Virus record (IMG/VR): IMGVR_UViG_3300020264_000005
Coordinates: 1 to 64,000 of that record
DNA: 64,000 bases
Strand: one strand, 5' to 3'
Origin: a virus
Lineage: Duplodnaviria > Caudoviricetes
The notes beneath the pieces were generated by a model that made no database searches, had not been told where the DNA came from, and saw only the letters and a program-made list of their open reading frames with translations. The position numbers and the translations under genes were made by a program. Position 1 is the stretch's first letter. Each line of letters opens with the position of its first letter. This document shows, one piece after another, positions 12,301 to 20,705 of this stretch.

Positions 12301-13856
12301 TCACTGATTCGCAACTTGGCGGCGGTGGCGGTGGAGACCTCACCTTCCTAGTCAATGGTGTTAACAGTGCAGGTGCTAACTACTACCTACCAATCACAAC
12401 TCCATCACCAACTGATTTCCAACTTGGCGATCTTCTCCTGATTGATAGAGAGGTTGGTCCTGTAACTTCTGCAGGAGTACCAGTCGCTGGTTATACTCCT
12501 GATGAGTCTAAGTCTGAAATTGTTCAGGTCATCGGTATTGATAACATTACCAATGCAAATGATCCACAAGGTTACAGACTCATTGTTACCAGAGGAATTG
12601 ATGGAACTACATCTGGTACTGATCACCCTGATAACTGTGTTATCGCGAAACTTGACAAGCAATCTAATGCTTCTTACATCACTGGTTCTGACCTAGATGC
12701 TAACGGTGAACTCGATGAACCTCTCACTGGTATTGGCGCTGGTACTGCTGATGTTAATATCGGTGTTGCAGAGTTTGGTGGTACTATTTCCACTCAAGAC
12801 TTCTTCAGACTATCAGCAAGTGAGTTCTGCTCAATTGAGGAACTAATCAGCACCTCACCACAGTCCTTGATCATCAATGATGGTGGTGACCCTGCTGCTG
12901 AAGTATTCAAGGTCGAGTCTACCACTGGCGATACTTACATCTTCGGTGATATTGCTGCTGGATCTGGATTCAATAAGTTCACTGTTGATTCTAACAGTGG
13001 TAACACTAACATTGCTGGAACTCTAACCACTGAGAACACTCTAACCATCAATGGTTCGACTCTCCTACAAACTGAGTTCTTCAGAATCACGAACGGTGGT
13101 GCAACTGGTACTCCACTCAGAACAACCTTAGAAGTTGATACTGCAACTGGTGATCTAACAATCAACGGTGGTAACATCAACGTCTTCGGAACTGATGGAA
13201 CTACTCCAAGACTAACGTTCGTCAACTCTTCTGGTGACTTCACTGTATATGGTTCATTCTCTGCTCTGGGAACTGGAACATCAACCTTCGGTGGTGATAT
13301 CGATGTTGCTGGTGATGCATTCATTCGTGGTGGAGACCTCACAGTATACGCTGGAGAGACCACTGCATATGCAAACGTAGGTGATGAGATCTTCGGTGTT
13401 GATAACAACGGTTCCGTCAAGATTGCTGGCATCAGCAACTACTTCTCCCAGACTGGCGCACGTAAGTGGCTCTATCAGGCAGACTCGGCATTCACTGCTG
13501 AATCAAATGTTAACTACTTCGTCAACTGTACTGGTAATACTTTAATCAGACTTCCTGCATCTCCTGAAATGGGCGATCAGATTAGGATTATAGATATTAG
13601 TGGTAGTCTATCATACAACCAGAGTATGGTTGTAAGAGCACCTGACAATGCTAAGGTTCAGGGTGAAGTTAGCAACACTGGTTCTACTGTTCTTCAGGGT
13701 ATTCCACCTTCAGCATATGCTGGTTATAACGGTGGTGAACTAGTTGTACAGACACCAAATGCAGCGTTCACACTTGTTTACGCTGGTAACTCTACACCAG
13801 ATGGACTGCCTGGCGCACCATCATCACTCATCGGTTGGTATCTCACGGACGTATAA
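336..13856 (+). CDS. Giant (4506 aa) virion structural / tail-fibre-like protein with nested helical and beta repeat domains
   Basis: Uninterrupted ORF after a late promoter; G/T/N-rich fibre-like C-terminal third; C-terminal LPASP..GD.I.IID..G module typical of T4-like fibre/baseplate proteins; 5 helical repeats and 6 SYPR-type beta repeats. Confidence 0.85.
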   Translation: MPLTRLDNLISSKTGKYLYVSPDDFNATDALSNRGNSPVTPFKSIQRAFLEIARYSYLPGSNNDRFDQFSIMLMPGIHYIDNRPGLADTTGIDPFGFDQGSNAWTDSSILDISNPDNVLYKFNNTEGGAIIPRGSSLVGYDLRRTVVRPLYVPDPAVTEREIPRSAIFNVTGGCYFWQFTIKDGQTTAESPLYNSLDGTGEVYYDPNDFTKKAPPNYSHHKLTVFEYADTEELSLFYRKIAKGFSLYQPTIDDPGEFDFRVQENRIVGPLSDSRVIESLKLNDATTIPSIPASTSEIEVTTKVDHGYFAGQFVAISNTEVDSVLEGIFPIKRIDENDPRKFTYEVAEVVSAIGTGIASGNTIDTGTTPALGGNAQTLAEVDSVESASPYVFNCSIRSTWGICGIWANGLKATGFKSMVIAQYTGVSLQKDDRAFIRYDEYSNTWNQASLTDAFATVPYHTKGDSYWKDDWRNFHVRASEDAFIQNVSIFAVGFADHFLMESGGDMSITNSNSNFGNTSLHAIGFKGFAFNQDKGGYITDIIPPKKISDDAANVKKTQYYTIDIQGTIADANNYTKLFLGSDDIKDPLNRPAVSINGYRLGAKSGEKLYVKLDPATAGGTEEFNVSLEPTGFVKYIAAASILNPSGFAYNSTYADAANLIESNRKMIQEEVFGYIIEKFPRLQDISYVNPGRDPNANRYNDARNLIISNRQDIVNDTMTSLSIFNPTSTVTAEDVGEMVDAVAEDLRDGGNSNTILLIQSFFNGSGQLSKYAGEQENVLWAINRARDLCKQAVSNLLAVKADLYDPDSNSLIAPYGGLPIGTITAGKTGSQAEIDGDTTNGVTIDPAQKIDPASRFRDTYRLINNNRDYILDNALAEIATYDESPFFYFPGDPQETSQSRFKTAYRLIRRNKAGAIDAAITAIQTAHPAFVFPSGTPDKCRRDLGAFIDSLGMDIFLSGNQWTITFMEKYFEGSNTWVTGGLQGEETEAITGFNAVRDYLQDAVSNQLTSGYQDLSVSPGEAVYGDGNGDLTNTDASACADVQNAIATLTSIVTQVISDGNPDTIRNPNNPNFVNPQARSLQANENKCRRDIGHIVDAVMQDLWFGGNAYSVSMARAYFDRFGNAISNGLIGEQSQAITAFRRAADVINSAINNRLLFWDQSITLDKTGDPPIVSDTNADAHRLIMKNKEWLAEEAYERMLANPLYSSYEPQEQNTKQDCLDDVINILEMIMYDVKFGGNAKTYDSAEIYITNVMPFFGSEKKRKEYTPTNVTYDPATGLSVFTIPGHDMVAGNYVRFDDNSLVFTCAMDNNQSQKSYPRAGQDPFSGNWCQIVDADESSITCNVGVSGPNLSFDPTNVIYNSTSGAMEITIGAGHGLSVGEGVMIANNSLTFTCDQDNNQTQHTYPRAGQDPYAGKSFTITAISTNTITVNVGAAGTAAGVPHTFVSALAGSVTHSPQSAHTFISATDNCIGYGLASSTFIDPERDEAREVFNQVRALVPDVLRNIAVTNTGANTLDQYIDGATVQDWDSPACVNVISAVQSNIDTIMQAIGNDLAGVGNLNGIARTVPAQPVDLIQNGVNQGYVAGNCSDVVAAVNSLIDITVEAVLLGTLDNLPSVDNGLWDCANVRSSIENLFDIAVDAFSLSNLTNLPVVNRGSFTNDAEASKCYRDVAYIVDAVVSDLRLGGNINSVQAGEAYYVGTSSSLTYTPTNATYDPATGQFVLTVPNHSVQAGRYIRLADNSFTFTCGMDNNKTEKSYPRPGIDPYAGQSILVTGVTANTITCNVGVSGPNVEYTPTDASYDPATGDLVLTIGSHSLTVGEGVVIDDNSLTFTCGMDNDQAQKSYPRSGIDPFSGRSMLITSRTSTTITVNAGVSGPNKQFTPTNAQYNPSTGDMVLTVGQHGLGVGRGVVLADNSLTFTCALDNNATQHSYPRPGTDPYAGQKSIEITAVGSTQHTVTNAPYNASTGVITLTVGNHGFSNGDYIKVADGSLTYTCDLDGNLTQKSYPRANYDYPSGRWMEISNVTANTFDINVGPSSYTGTHTFVSAAANGIERQDGTFTINVGVSPDTSAHTFVSATANAVSHTPQSAHTFVSAGTNCVKHLPQVAHTFVRASTNALIAGGSQLQYIDGEKTETLAAWDYVGQMATAAMRNFDFLAYNCTTTAGSAIVDVGDTRGILVGMRCVEYDDTDISNPAYVNGVLQAGAQPVYTTIGQNVFVKRIVNNTQIELGVENSRFEFGQTVNANQSSSTIDLFFVFENGQWADTLPKTVTVGPANTDPDVIADTLTGNIITDPADPNFGEQIRECAGTANAITTLIGNITTIINSGVGSVTRQEQTADISLFSQRSTVFTINTSGLGASNPHNFETGTPVRLVPRPRFDTDLGRYVDVDKRLIRLPDGFETNRTYYVIAPGRKTQPFDFSNTTFFNGSDQTKLMLATSRENAAAGIFIYASESESIDPNVEIDIYQFILDEKYDLHRYKCNLSNAVVGGIETDVSNVFDVPFSSVTPQKVFFRDLAPDDLPTVGQTFASDPEVTVTDVNDANFGRLNPVKEFFARYQTSKVFTIHKTHADAINNADPIQFTAGQTDTFQVFCNKRRSPVKYDPTFNQGVANQGKWYIECIDEGSSGIAQGIKQENIFWRLHQDDYSDRPKTTDTWFTRLEDNREADDRTYKLRYVIPSYLENARDPINGFVIKTRTDDTRKLVPQKVLLKPVAGSVFGARFENPVQAGEYIGYTGPQFTQFALNSEEAYDPYRTDQTGQGVEYKSFARFTSGIQATIQSGRYVEDPLDPNIQYLELTLIDHTVDAKNFPGLKNEQFTTVRINPPQGGEWVVNKTASITANQVEWTGNSSGIANIHAYYENAGSHYLILKNIRGGKLEFSEFYNTRFTQGSTFADMLEDQDMGKSLPLKTLIKKGYPEYYYKQNGANVYTITPGDRIQDSAGVEYYAASVEDAGIIDDTFYVFNYETLQRRIAGQQDGIYYLSCLRGNISPLPTGAGAGGNFRKFNFSQPVSSLYPLNYKNDPLWFQKAGTTAAELNLAAQQIDPPATFSAADNYIHGLVRTNDYKNSVTRELVEDLTNQPAFIINSYSGVNEIRAQDGNATSGSEDRRIPIAGDSLVVVDQKYYVELRRPSIARAGNHTFEYLGFGPGNYSTGLPARQEIVLTPTEDFYAQSKKQDAGIVFYTGLNSNGDLYIGNRKINAITGEETFLEAAVLQDSDDDDEDIGNLVTSFDTPVTFNQNITVVGGDGSQQNVFQSPVVISVQDNDLTETRDSLIIRSNVSSVDPVTNVQQDESLDRTAWSSPGNPVDGDIRISKNRINAAVFGFNPRGKGQAYQIQTHISSGIPSNITPNNSPLVADGGTRLQTNQFVDYNGVQAGSGDILLKGVEVGKTGSLGWVYANYFTVIPSNNIFTIEFDGTNVVKLTFKDNLGVDIPNSTLGINSGSSIKLTGYINPLLNSTWLVYSPNGDAFDPANNYVHFQVNNNIGIDTLSWNGAGGVLDSVGVGQPTPKVEFSNANWKEYGVVGAEALRTETENIGDYKLGVNTIARTDHVASGMAFTSIDQEPRANLDVVGTAFISGKTIESYLTESTILKTETDQDNAFLVGGDSSDPDDSSVLRVMTTNNGRVGINTKVTDSVNPQLELDRNFVVVGNSRFTGDSMFMTDIEVNGGDITTTNNAFNFVNQNANILNWASDGQIFNLMNSSTVPQTFTIGGSAPTSTWLIAETAATNTLYFGRNSTKFNADIGTVAESNTSECDIRLGGGFATSSPGKSRLTVGTFYAGFSGQIEFGSGYGAGTSSSRIFSQTRVVNAFDGTSTNTVNLATNATTFTMGSTGGTTVIRNSLNVLASAIVEGNIRLDGGLNAGIVKIGRGKFGTTPAPHLVGGVENPNIDFYKYEPTGRRIDTAGVAPWGSTQFLVAGGQIASIDNITNNGSTQRQPGTYQYLDATTSGSGTGAAFSVLIRFDFTIEITIESGGEGYADNDTLTITDSQLGGGGGGDLTFLVNGVNSAGANYYLPITTPSPTDFQLGDLLLIDREVGPVTSAGVPVAGYTPDESKSEIVQVIGIDNITNANDPQGYRLIVTRGIDGTTSGTDHPDNCVIAKLDKQSNASYITGSDLDANGELDEPLTGIGAGTADVNIGVAEFGGTISTQDFFRLSASEFCSIEELISTSPQSLIINDGGDPAAEVFKVESTTGDTYIFGDIAAGSGFNKFTVDSNSGNTNIAGTLTTENTLTINGSTLLQTEFFRITNGGATGTPLRTTLEVDTATGDLTINGGNINVFGTDGTTPRLTFVNSSGDFTVYGSFSALGTGTSTFGGDIDVAGDAFIRGGDLTVYAGETTAYANVGDEIFGVDNNGSVKIAGISNYFSQTGARKWLYQADSAFTAESNVNYFVNCTGNTLIRLPASPEMGDQIRIIDISGSLSYNQSMVVRAPDNAKVQGEVSNTGSTVLQGIPPSAYAGYNGGELVVQTPNAAFTLVYAGNSTPDGLPGAPSSLIGWYLTDV

Positions 13857-13860
13857 ATCA

Positions 13861-15117
13861 ATGCCATTTTACCAAGAAGCAAGAACAATGAAAGGTGCCG
13901 TTATCGGCACCATCATGCCTTGGACGGGAGCACTTAGTGAGATTCCTAAAGGGTGGATCATTTGCGATGGGACATCACCTGACGCAAAAGATTACCCTTT
14001 GCTGGTTCAAGTGATTGGTGATACTTATAATTCAGGATCATCAAACTTAGGAGGAGCATTTCCAGGATATACTGGACAATTTGTTCTTCCTAATTTGCTT
14101 GATGGTAAGTGTTTGATGGATATTGAAGGTTCATACTTCGATGCCTCTACTGGTACAGGTGATGCAATTGATATTGATCCTGATGCAAGAAATTTAATTG
14201 AACCATTTATTGGGGAAAATACTGATAATGGTGTTCCCGTCGTATTCAATGACGTTAGAACTGACGTTGAGTTCACACTTAATGATAGAAATGGTTACAG
14301 TGGTCAGATTACGGGTAACACGATTATTGATGGTACTGGTGAGAAATCAGTCTTTATTGGTGGTAGAAAACTAGGTCACCAACATATTAGAAATCATACC
14401 CATCCTGGCGTATATGAAACAATATTGGAAGCAGATAGAACGAGACCAGGACTTGGTGTTATTCCATATGATAACATCACAGCATCATTCAACTATGCAT
14501 CCATCGACGTTAGAACTGTTGTTCTTGGCATCTCTGGTGGTGACGGTAAGATTGACAAGGTTAGACTTGGTTTGAAGTGGTTCAAAGAGAATGTTCAGTT
14601 AGTAGATAGTGGAAGTTGGGGATCCTTTGGTTCATTTAATGGCACTGGTGGTGGTTCACCTGGCAGAACAGTTATGGGAGCAAGAGGTGAAAACCCACCT
14701 GTTAACTTGTCACCACAGGTTGTAAGACAAACTAGTATTGCAAACCAAGGAGAATACTCCTATGAACAGCTAACTAGTGGTGATGTTATTCCTTACGGTT
14801 TGTTTGGAGTCAATATTACTATTGATGAGGGATTGAGAAACTATTATCCTGATGCTTTATCTTCAGGTAACTTTGGTACATTTGTTAGTAATGTTGGTGC
14901 TGACTGGTTGGATGATAGTATCCAAGCACACGCACATGATCCTTTTACGGTTAAATATGATCAGAACAGTTTAAAACCACAACCTAGATTGACTGCTGAT
15001 GTTAATATTCCTATTAACACTGTATTAGATAACAATAGTAATACTGGCGCACTTGAAATCAGTATGAATACCAGTCAACCTTCATTAACTATCGTGTACA
15101 TCATCCGAGCATACTAA
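13861..15117 (+). CDS. Tail collar-domain protein (short tail fibre-like)
   Basis: IGTIMPW..IPKGWIICDG..YPLL..IG..Y..FVLPNL collar motif; C-terminal QPSLTIVYIIRAY. Start set at ATG13861, just after the upstream stop. Confidence 0.8.
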   Translation: MPFYQEARTMKGAVIGTIMPWTGALSEIPKGWIICDGTSPDAKDYPLLVQVIGDTYNSGSSNLGGAFPGYTGQFVLPNLLDGKCLMDIEGSYFDASTGTGDAIDIDPDARNLIEPFIGENTDNGVPVVFNDVRTDVEFTLNDRNGYSGQITGNTIIDGTGEKSVFIGGRKLGHQHIRNHTHPGVYETILEADRTRPGLGVIPYDNITASFNYASIDVRTVVLGISGGDGKIDKVRLGLKWFKENVQLVDSGSWGSFGSFNGTGGGSPGRTVMGARGENPPVNLSPQVVRQTSIANQGEYSYEQLTSGDVIPYGLFGVNITIDEGLRNYYPDALSSGNFGTFVSNVGADWLDDSIQAHAHDPFTVKYDQNSLKPQPRLTADVNIPINTVLDNNSNTGALEISMNTSQPSLTIVYIIRAY

Positions 15118-16004
15118 TGGCAAATTACGCTAATCAAAAAGCAAAATATGGTGGTATGGTGGGTAGTATAATTATCCATACTACGAGTGGTATTGGATCA
15201 GCAAATGATCCGAATGCTGTCACATTTAGAAATTTGTTGCCTGCTGGATATCTAAGATGTGATGGATCCAGACAGAATGCGAAGGATTACTTAGCGTTAG
15301 CGAGAGTATTGGGTGTTGGTGACGAGTCAAGATTTAAGAAAGAAAATCAAAATTTAAGACCAGAAGATCTTTCTACTGGTGATCTGGGTGAGTTTCAACT
15401 ACCAGACCTAGGATCTAAAGTAATCATTGGTGGTAGAGGTACAGGTTTATATCAGAATGGTATTGTTGATGATGGTACTGTCCAAGCAAATCCAACAACT
15501 AGAGTTGGACCACAGATTGAAGTAATCAGTAATTTTGGAAACAGAATCGAAGCAAATTACATTGGTAATGCAAGGATATCTGCATCTGGAGATCTTAATT
15601 TTATTGGTAATCCCAGATATAATATGGAGAGAGAAACTTCAGAAACTCAGTTAAACATTGATAACTTCCAAGGTCACGCACACCAATCTAACCAGAAATA
15701 TCTAAACTACTCCCGTCAACATGAAACTTCTAGCACGGGTGGTAAGGACTATGCTCAAAGACTAGGAAACTCTGGTGGTGGTAACCAGTTAGCTTTCTCA
15801 TCTGATTGGGAAGGTGAATCTGTACACAAACATAATCTCACACCAACTACAACATATAGTCACAACTTCACTTACGCTTATGATCAGCAAGATGTTGACA
15901 TGAGTGGTGTTTCTGCATATGTTGACGTTGATATTTCTGATGACGAAAAATTAGATCAACTTGTTACACCATTTACCCTAGTAGAGTATCTAATCAAGAT
16001 CTAA
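15117..16004 (+). CDS. Tail collar-domain protein
   Basis: LPAGYLRCDGS...Y.ALA.VLG...FQLPDLG collar motif; C-terminal PFTLVEYLIKI; TAATG coupling. Confidence 0.8.
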   Translation: MANYANQKAKYGGMVGSIIIHTTSGIGSANDPNAVTFRNLLPAGYLRCDGSRQNAKDYLALARVLGVGDESRFKKENQNLRPEDLSTGDLGEFQLPDLGSKVIIGGRGTGLYQNGIVDDGTVQANPTTRVGPQIEVISNFGNRIEANYIGNARISASGDLNFIGNPRYNMERETSETQLNIDNFQGHAHQSNQKYLNYSRQHETSSTGGKDYAQRLGNSGGGNQLAFSSDWEGESVHKHNLTPTTTYSHNFTYAYDQQDVDMSGVSAYVDVDISDDEKLDQLVTPFTLVEYLIKI

Positions 16005-16005
16005 A

Positions 16006-19000
16006 ATGACAAACGATTTCTCGTGGACTAGTAGATCTAACGGAGGACCGCAGTATAACGAAGGTGCCTGGTCCAGTTTCATGAATACTTACAACGTTGG
16101 TGGTACTGATGGACCAACGTTTGGCATTGAAAGGACATATTCTTGGACAATTACATTTAACAACTACGGTAGGCAGAAATTTTGGACTGCTGTTGATGAT
16201 TCTGGTTCTGTTTATATTAATGGCAGTTATCAGTTCAACATGGGTGGATTTAATGGTCAGACATCCAGAACAACGCCAGGATATTTTGCGCCAGGAACAT
16301 ACACTATCAGTGCTACATCTAGGAACTCTGGTGCTGGTCCTTGGGGTATTGCACTAGATTGGTATGGGTATGATCCACCAATTCCAAGTATTAATAGTTT
16401 TACTGCAAATCCCAACCCTATTATCCAAGGACAGTGTACTACTCTATCGTGGAACACTAATTTTGGTAACTTAGGTGGTGGATCTATCAGTGGTATTGGT
16501 AATGTTGGTTTTGATGGCAATGGCAACGGAAGCACGACAGTTTGTCCTACATCAACCACAACTTACACACTAAGTGTTAATAATCCTAATGGTAGTGGTG
16601 TTGCTACATCATCTCAGCGAACTGTAACTGTCTACGTACCACCTCAATTATTCATTACTGCTAGTCCTAGCATCAATATTATTGCTGGTAATTGTGTTCA
16701 ATTATCGTGGTATATCACAGGAGACGGTGATAACCTCGTATGGACCTCTGGAGGCATCACTAACACAAATATCACTAGTAATGCCACAGTATGTCCTGGC
16801 GACACTACAACCTATTCTGGATACGTTACAGGCAACGGTGGTACATCACCAGAGACATCTATTACTATTAATGTCTATCAGATACCAACAATAACAGTAA
16901 ACTGGCCAGGTGCAATTGCATATGATCAGCAGGGTATTGTATCATATACTGCAGAGTATGCGAACACATCTGTTCAAATTACTGCAACATACTATTACTA
17001 TGATTCTCCATCAACAACTGAAGGTCCAATTAATCTAACAGCATCTGGATCTCCATTCTTAAACTTCCCTAACGCATCAGTTAGCAGCACATATAATACC
17101 ACTATACCATACAACAATAGAGGTGCCAAGAGTGTAGAGTATGTAATTGTTGCTCAAGGCAATGGTGGTACAGCGACAGCATCTGCGACGATTCCTATCT
17201 TAATTGATATGACTCCAGATAACCTGAACATTGAGGAGAGCAAAGATAAGATCAAGGAACAAGAACCAATCGTCACACCAGAGACAGATATTCTGTCTGA
17301 GATGTTCTTGGTCGATGATATTGATATCGATGTAGAAATTAAATCAAACTATCCTATTCAGGTAGACTTTAACAAGGATGATAACTGGCAAAATGTAAGA
17401 CAAATTGGTGCTGTAGGTGGAAATAGTATTGCACCACAGTCATTTGATCCAATGCTTGCCGCTGTTCATCTGGAAAATGGCAAACTGACTGTCAAGAATT
17501 CTCATTGGAGACATGAGGCATATGATGTACCTGAAGAACCAACAGAATATATTGCAGAGCCACAAGTAACAGGATCATTCAACTGGAGTAATGGTACTAA
17601 TAGCATAACGATTATACAAGGACAGAGTGCAACTTTCAGTTGGTATCTTGCCAATGGAATTACAAGTGCATCTATCACAAATTATGGTACGTTGAGTCCA
17701 TCAGGATCACCAATATATTATGGCACTAGACAGATTCCTAGATGGTATAAATCAACTCCACCACAAGACCACATGTGTGCTCTAAGTAATCCTGGTGGAT
17801 ATTCATATGAGGGTATACTATGTCGTTTCTTCACTTCAGCAGCGCCAGGAACATTTGGTGGTTTTGATGCAGAAATACCAGGCGTTAAACCAACCAGTGG
17901 ATTGATGGGATATGTGTATCCCCCATGGTACAACGCTCCTGTTCCAACACTAATGGTTTATGAGTATGTTGACTCTAATGGTGGTCCTCCTAATGGTCTT
18001 GGAACCATTTGGACTACATTTTCTGGTGGTGAAGGACCATATAATATATTCATTCAGTCATTTAAGACACCAACACAGGGATATACTGACTATTCTAATG
18101 TATTCTTTAGTGGTAGTGCTAGTGTTTCTCCTTCTTCAACCACAACATATACAATCTCTGGTTCTGGAACTGGTACTTACAGTAAGTCTATCACAGTAAC
18201 AGTATTAGTTCCTCCTACTATTACTTTCACTGTCAGTCCTACGACCACTATTGTTGCTGGTCAAGGTGCAACTCTTAGTTGGAATGTTAATGGTGACGCA
18301 GATACTATTACTTGGACTCAAGGTAATATTAATAATGGAAACTTGAATAGTAGTGAGTATATAAATCCTGGCGATACTACAACATATTGTGCTGTTGCAT
18401 CTGGTATTGGTGGTACGTCACCTAACACTTGTGTTACTGTCACTGTACTACAACCACCAACTGCAACAATAACTTCGCCAGGCACTATTCCTTACAATGA
18501 TAGTAATTTTAATATTGAGTATGAAACAAAGTATGCTACGTCAGCTATTAATATAACACCAACTTATTATTTCCTCGATGGTACTAGTGTAGTTGGAAAT
18601 ATTATTAATATTCCTCCTGCAACATCATCTGATCTTGGTGCCGCTGCTGGAAATACAGATAGAAACGGTGTTATTGATTGGGATACAATTGGTATAAACT
18701 GGGGTAACTTTGGTCCATCTTCAATTGAATTTGTTCTTGTAGCAGAGGGTGCAGGATCACCTGCTTCATCCACTTCTATAACTACAGTTATTATTGACCA
18801 GTCTCCTGCGAATGTTGATATTCCTGAGAGTAAGGATAAACTAAAAGAACAGGAACCAATCGTCACACCAGAGACTGAGATTACAACTGAAAAACTTTTG
18901 ATTGATGATATTGATATTCCTATCGAAATTCATGCAAACTATCCTATCTTGGTAGATAAAAATTCTGGTGGTACTTGGTTGAAAGTAAGACAAACTGGTG

Positions 19001-20670
19001 CTGCTGGTGTTGGTGGAAACTCATTAGATGATGAACCAGTAGAAATTATACATGGTGATCAATTCGATGGACTGGAGAATTCGGTATTTTACAGTGATGA
19101 TCCTAATGAGGAAGCACCATTAATCTCAAAGATTACAAATGCACAGTTAGCACAGTTAATTAACTGTATATCAATCATTGACGAGGTATCACCTAGTGTA
19201 TCTACTCAACAGTCTGACTGGACTGCATTTAGAAATAATTTCCCATACAGAACATTCTGGTTGTTACAGGCAGTTCTACAATCTAATGGTAATGTAAGAT
19301 ATCCACTCAGTAGATTGAACATGCCATCAAACTATTTGAATGATCCATATGCAAATGGTGGTATTCAAGTTAGACGTGATGATGGTAATGCTAACTTCAC
19401 CTCCAGTTGGTTTGATATCTGTCAGTTAGCTGGTCTACCTGATGGTACGTATGTATCATTGTGGATTGATATCTCTGGTAGTATGACATTCTCTACTATT
19501 CAGGCATCTTACAATGAATTCGTGACAGATTGCGCTAACAATAATATTAATATTATTCTTGAGACTAGTGACAGTGGAGAGAGATGGATTCCTGGTCACA
19601 ATAAAAATCTCCCACCAAGTGCTGACTTTAAGATCATCGATGGCAATGGACAAGCTGTTACTACCATTACAGTTCTTGCTGGTTCTGCAGTAACATTGGC
19701 ATGGATCGTATTTGGTGATGTTAATAATCTCGAAATTATACCTGGCGTTATTAATACTAGTAACAGTAATTTCTTCTATGCTAGCACTGTAGTATATCCA
19801 ACACAGGCAACAACTTATATGTTGACCGCAACAGGTCCAGAGGGTGATACCAATAAGTTTGTTCAGGTAAATGTTCTAACACCACCTGAAGTATTCATTA
19901 CTGCTAATCCTGGCACTAGTATTATTACTGGACAATGTACCACACTACAATGGTATGTTACTGGTGATGCTGATCAAATTGTATGGACACAGGGTAACAT
20001 TAATAATGGAAACTTGACAAGTAATGCTCAGGTATGTCCTGGCGATACTACAACATATTGTGCTAAGGCAACTGGTATTGCTGGTGACTCTCCTGTAACT
20101 TGTATTACTATTACTGTATCTCAGTTCCCAACATGTGAAATTTCATCACCTGGTTCTATCCTCTATGGTGACTCTACTTTTGATATTGAATATGAATCTC
20201 AATATGCAAACTCATCTATTACTATAACACCAACATACACTTATTTGAATGGTACTCAGACTACTGGTGCTCAGATTATTATTAATCCTGCCACATCTGC
20301 TGAACTGGGTGGTTCTCAAGGTGCTACTGATAGAGATGGTACTATTGATTGGAGCACAGTTGGTGTTCCATGGAATGATTTCGGACCATATCTTATCAAC
20401 TGGAACATTTCAGTACAAGGTACTGGTGGACAGGCTCAGGATAGCACACAGACAACTGTAATCATTGACCAAACACCTGATAACTTTGCAATTCCTGAAA
20501 CTAAAGATAAGATTAAGGAACAGGAACCTGTAGAGACACCAGAAACAGAAATTCTATCGGAACTTCTACTGGTCGATGGTATCGATATCCCTGTTGAGAT
20601 CAAGTCAAACTATCCTATTCAAGTGGATATAAATGCCAATGACGATTGGCAAGATGTAAGACAGATCTAA
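16006..20670 (+). CDS. Tail fibre/adhesin-like protein made of three tandem units (Ig/PKD-like repeats; lectin-like and vWA heads)
   Basis: Repeated LSW...P..TTTY Ig-like modules; three copies of a KDK.KEQEP...W..VRQ module; MIDAS-like DISGS motif. Confidence 0.75.
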   Translation: MTNDFSWTSRSNGGPQYNEGAWSSFMNTYNVGGTDGPTFGIERTYSWTITFNNYGRQKFWTAVDDSGSVYINGSYQFNMGGFNGQTSRTTPGYFAPGTYTISATSRNSGAGPWGIALDWYGYDPPIPSINSFTANPNPIIQGQCTTLSWNTNFGNLGGGSISGIGNVGFDGNGNGSTTVCPTSTTTYTLSVNNPNGSGVATSSQRTVTVYVPPQLFITASPSINIIAGNCVQLSWYITGDGDNLVWTSGGITNTNITSNATVCPGDTTTYSGYVTGNGGTSPETSITINVYQIPTITVNWPGAIAYDQQGIVSYTAEYANTSVQITATYYYYDSPSTTEGPINLTASGSPFLNFPNASVSSTYNTTIPYNNRGAKSVEYVIVAQGNGGTATASATIPILIDMTPDNLNIEESKDKIKEQEPIVTPETDILSEMFLVDDIDIDVEIKSNYPIQVDFNKDDNWQNVRQIGAVGGNSIAPQSFDPMLAAVHLENGKLTVKNSHWRHEAYDVPEEPTEYIAEPQVTGSFNWSNGTNSITIIQGQSATFSWYLANGITSASITNYGTLSPSGSPIYYGTRQIPRWYKSTPPQDHMCALSNPGGYSYEGILCRFFTSAAPGTFGGFDAEIPGVKPTSGLMGYVYPPWYNAPVPTLMVYEYVDSNGGPPNGLGTIWTTFSGGEGPYNIFIQSFKTPTQGYTDYSNVFFSGSASVSPSSTTTYTISGSGTGTYSKSITVTVLVPPTITFTVSPTTTIVAGQGATLSWNVNGDADTITWTQGNINNGNLNSSEYINPGDTTTYCAVASGIGGTSPNTCVTVTVLQPPTATITSPGTIPYNDSNFNIEYETKYATSAINITPTYYFLDGTSVVGNIINIPPATSSDLGAAAGNTDRNGVIDWDTIGINWGNFGPSSIEFVLVAEGAGSPASSTSITTVIIDQSPANVDIPESKDKLKEQEPIVTPETEITTEKLLIDDIDIPIEIHANYPILVDKNSGGTWLKVRQTGAAGVGGNSLDDEPVEIIHGDQFDGLENSVFYSDDPNEEAPLISKITNAQLAQLINCISIIDEVSPSVSTQQSDWTAFRNNFPYRTFWLLQAVLQSNGNVRYPLSRLNMPSNYLNDPYANGGIQVRRDDGNANFTSSWFDICQLAGLPDGTYVSLWIDISGSMTFSTIQASYNEFVTDCANNNINIILETSDSGERWIPGHNKNLPPSADFKIIDGNGQAVTTITVLAGSAVTLAWIVFGDVNNLEIIPGVINTSNSNFFYASTVVYPTQATTYMLTATGPEGDTNKFVQVNVLTPPEVFITANPGTSIITGQCTTLQWYVTGDADQIVWTQGNINNGNLTSNAQVCPGDTTTYCAKATGIAGDSPVTCITITVSQFPTCEISSPGSILYGDSTFDIEYESQYANSSITITPTYTYLNGTQTTGAQIIINPATSAELGGSQGATDRDGTIDWSTVGVPWNDFGPYLINWNISVQGTGGQAQDSTQTTVIIDQTPDNFAIPETKDKIKEQEPVETPETEILSELLLVDGIDIPVEIKSNYPIQVDINANDDWQDVRQI

Positions 20671-20673
20671 ATA
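20667..20673 (+). promoter_or_regulatory. Late promoter CTAAATA
   Basis: Overlaps the upstream stop codon, about 33 nt before ATG20706. Confidence 0.55.
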
Positions 20674-20705
20674 GTAGGACTGGAATAATATCTGTACTGA
20701 CAGGA

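Noticed and set aside
12317-12336. GGC/GGT run as a contingency repeat
   Set aside because: Encodes a Gly linker with mixed codons and is not a slippage-prone perfect repeat
336-13856. Intein or intron as the cause of the giant ORF sizes (also 46226-57022)
   Set aside because: No intein splice-junction or LAGLIDADG motifs seen; size is explained by repeat domains
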